NCBI GenBank assembly: GCA_041662745.1
Contig: JBAZRV010000003.1
Span: forward strand, 90,001-122,000
Reading direction: 5' to 3'
Origin: Patescibacteria group bacterium
Lineage (GTDB): Bacteria; Patescibacteriota; Patescibacteriia; 2-01-FULL-39-33
DNA: 32,000 bases
In this document: positions 30,670 through 32,000 of the stretch, piece after piece
How positions within the stretch are numbered: position 1 is the first letter of the stretch
Layout of the letters: every line of letters starts with the position of its first letter
Position numbers and translations under genes: made by a program
Notes under the pieces: model-generated
The model's input: only the letters and a program-made list of their open reading frames with translations
Database searches by the model: none
What the model was told of the DNA's origin: nothing

Positions 30670-32000
30670 TCAATCCAAAATCGCCTTAATGCGTCTGATG
30701 CCGGACGAGGATGCCTCTTCTTTGATAATTTTGAAGTGCCCCAGTTCGCCGGTATTTTTGGCATGCGGTCCGCCGCAAATCTCTTTGGAGAAGCATTGTT
30801 CAAAAGTGGAGTCGCCGCCGATGCTGTAAACCTTGACGCGATCGCCATACTTGCTGTCAAAGATTCCCATGGCGCCGCACTCGCGGGCCTTTTCAATGGA
30901 TAATTCTTCGCTGATAACGGGCAAGTTTTTTGCTATTTGTTCGTTGACCAAATCTTCTATTTGCTTTAACTGTTCCGGCGCAACCTTTTCCGGATGCGAA
31001 AAATCAAACCGGATGCGTTCGGCGGTAATATTGGAACCGCGTTGAAATACGTGATCACCCAGGATATGACGCATGGCCGCCAGCATTAAATGAGTGGCCG
31101 TGTGCATGCGCGCCGACAGTTCGGTGTTGTCGGCCAGTCCGCCTTTGAATTTCTTTTCCGCTCCTTGGCGCGAGGTTTGCTGATGCTTGGAAAATTCCTT
31201 TTGATATTCTTCTTCATCAATTATCAGATCTTTTTCTTTGGCTAATTCACGCGTCATCTCAATAGGAAAACCGTAAGTGGAAAACAGTTGGAAGGCATCG
31301 GCGCCGGAAATTTTTTTGTCTTCTATTTTTAATTTATCAAATTTTTTCAAACCGTTTTCTAAAGTAATGTTGAATTTTTCTTCTTCCTTATTAAGCTCGT
31401 CAATAATTTGGTCGCGTTTTTCCCGCAATTCTTTGTAGAATCCGCCCTGCAATTCAATCACCGCTTCGGCCACTTGAGAGGTGAAAGGAGAATTAATGCC
31501 CAGTTCGGCGCCGAAGCGGATGGCGCGGCGCAACAAACGGCGCAAGACATAACCCTGCTCCACATTAGACGGAATTACGCCGTCAGCCAACAGAAAGGCG
31601 GCGGCGCGCAAATGATCGGCAATAATCCTGACCGGTCTTAATTCCTCCGGTTCCAGTTCGTCAGGCAAAAGGCCGCCTAAAGCGCAAACTTGGGCGACAA
31701 TGCTGTACAGCGGATCAATATCGTAAGCGCTGGACTTGCCGTCCAGAGTGGCCACGGTGCGCTCCACGCCCATGCCCGTATCCACGTTTTTCTGTGTCAG
31801 CTCTTCATATCTGCCGTCGGCGGTTTTATTGTAAACCATGAATACGTTATTCCAGATTTCCACCCAACGCTTGTCGTTCGGATCAAATTCTGTTGGTGCC
31901 GGTTCTTCGCCGGACCAATAAAACATTTCCGTATCCGGACCGCAGGGACCGGTTTGGCCGGCCGGGCCCCACCAATTGTCGGCTTTGGGCAAATAAGCGA
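30670..32000 (-). CDS. alaS: Alanine--tRNA ligase (N-terminus beyond the window end); ends right after the editing domain
   Basis: KADNWWGPAGQTGPCGPDTEMFYW (class II core), HTATHLM and CGGPH (editing-domain Zn site), ending GIRRIKAILD. The frame stays open to base 32000, so the M at 31992 is internal. Confidence 0.9.
   Translation of the reverse strand, partial: AYLPKADNWWGPAGQTGPCGPDTEMFYWSGEEPAPTEFDPNDKRWVEIWNNVFMVYNKTADGRYEELTQKNVDTGMGVERTVATLDGKSSAYDIDPLYSIVAQVCALGGLLPDELEPEELRPVRIIADHLRAAAFLLADGVIPSNVEQGYVLRRLLRRAIRFGAELGINSPFTSQVAEAVIELQGGFYKELREKRDQIIDELNKEEEKFNITLENGLKKFDKLKIEDKKISGADAFQLFSTYGFPIEMTRELAKEKDLIIDEEEYQKEFSKHQQTSRQGAEKKFKGGLADNTELSARMHTATHLMLAAMRHILGDHVFQRGSNITAERIRFDFSHPEKVAPEQLKQIEDLVNEQIAKNLPVISEELSIEKARECGAMGIFDSKYGDRVKVYSIGGDSTFEQCFSKEICGGPHAKNTGELGHFKIIKEEASSSGIRRIKAILD

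Noticed and set aside
30663-30896. 77-aa ORF overlapping the 3' end of alaS
   Set aside because: It is an out-of-frame overlap with a strongly supported AlaRS reading frame, with no RBS.
1-32000. Prophage, genomic island or defence island
   Set aside because: No integrase, transposase, phage structural, restriction-modification or toxin-antitoxin signatures were recognised. tRNA-Gln has no flanking direct repeat that I could see. The orphan genes are scattered singly between core operons rather than clustered.

Overview
Gene-dense window, mostly transcribed on the minus strand, from a small-genome bacterium. My guess is a Patescibacteria/CPR-like lineage. The standard code applies, since TGA is used as a stop. 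The backbone is housekeeping: gap (partial), PSP1/RicT, tsf, rpsB, rpmE, prfA, prmC, rplY, a MacB-type permease plus a SEDS protein, a UvrD-type helicase-nuclease, tRNA-Gln, recR, a pseudouridine synthase, a wzx-GT4-GT2 glycan operon, infA-rpmJ-rpsM-rpsK-rpsD-rpoA-rplQ-rplM-rpsI, and alaS (partial). No transposase, integrase, CRISPR array or recognisable defence gene was seen. Lineage-specific units sit between the conserved operons, each with its own promoter, strong Shine-Dalgarno and terminator. The standout is an ORF-free, GC-rich unit of about 785 nt on the minus strand (about 20370 to 19586). It has a near-consensus extended -10 promoter, a long intrinsic terminator and dense helix content, and lies next to tRNA-Gln. 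I read it as a large structured ncRNA of unassigned class. Other leads: (a) a radical-SAM/SPASM enzyme followed by a 180-aa protein with a duplicated C-terminal YG[GA]FP motif, which looks RiPP-like; (b) two tandem, highly diverged paralogs with kinase-C-lobe-like, 4-TM and SPFH-like regions that keep conserved promoter and leader blocks; (c) an RpoA that lacks the alpha-CTD and ends in an acidic tail plus an AT-hook-like KKRGRPKK; (d) a marked split in Shine-Dalgarno usage between orphan and core genes. All family calls come from reading motifs by eye; no searches were run.
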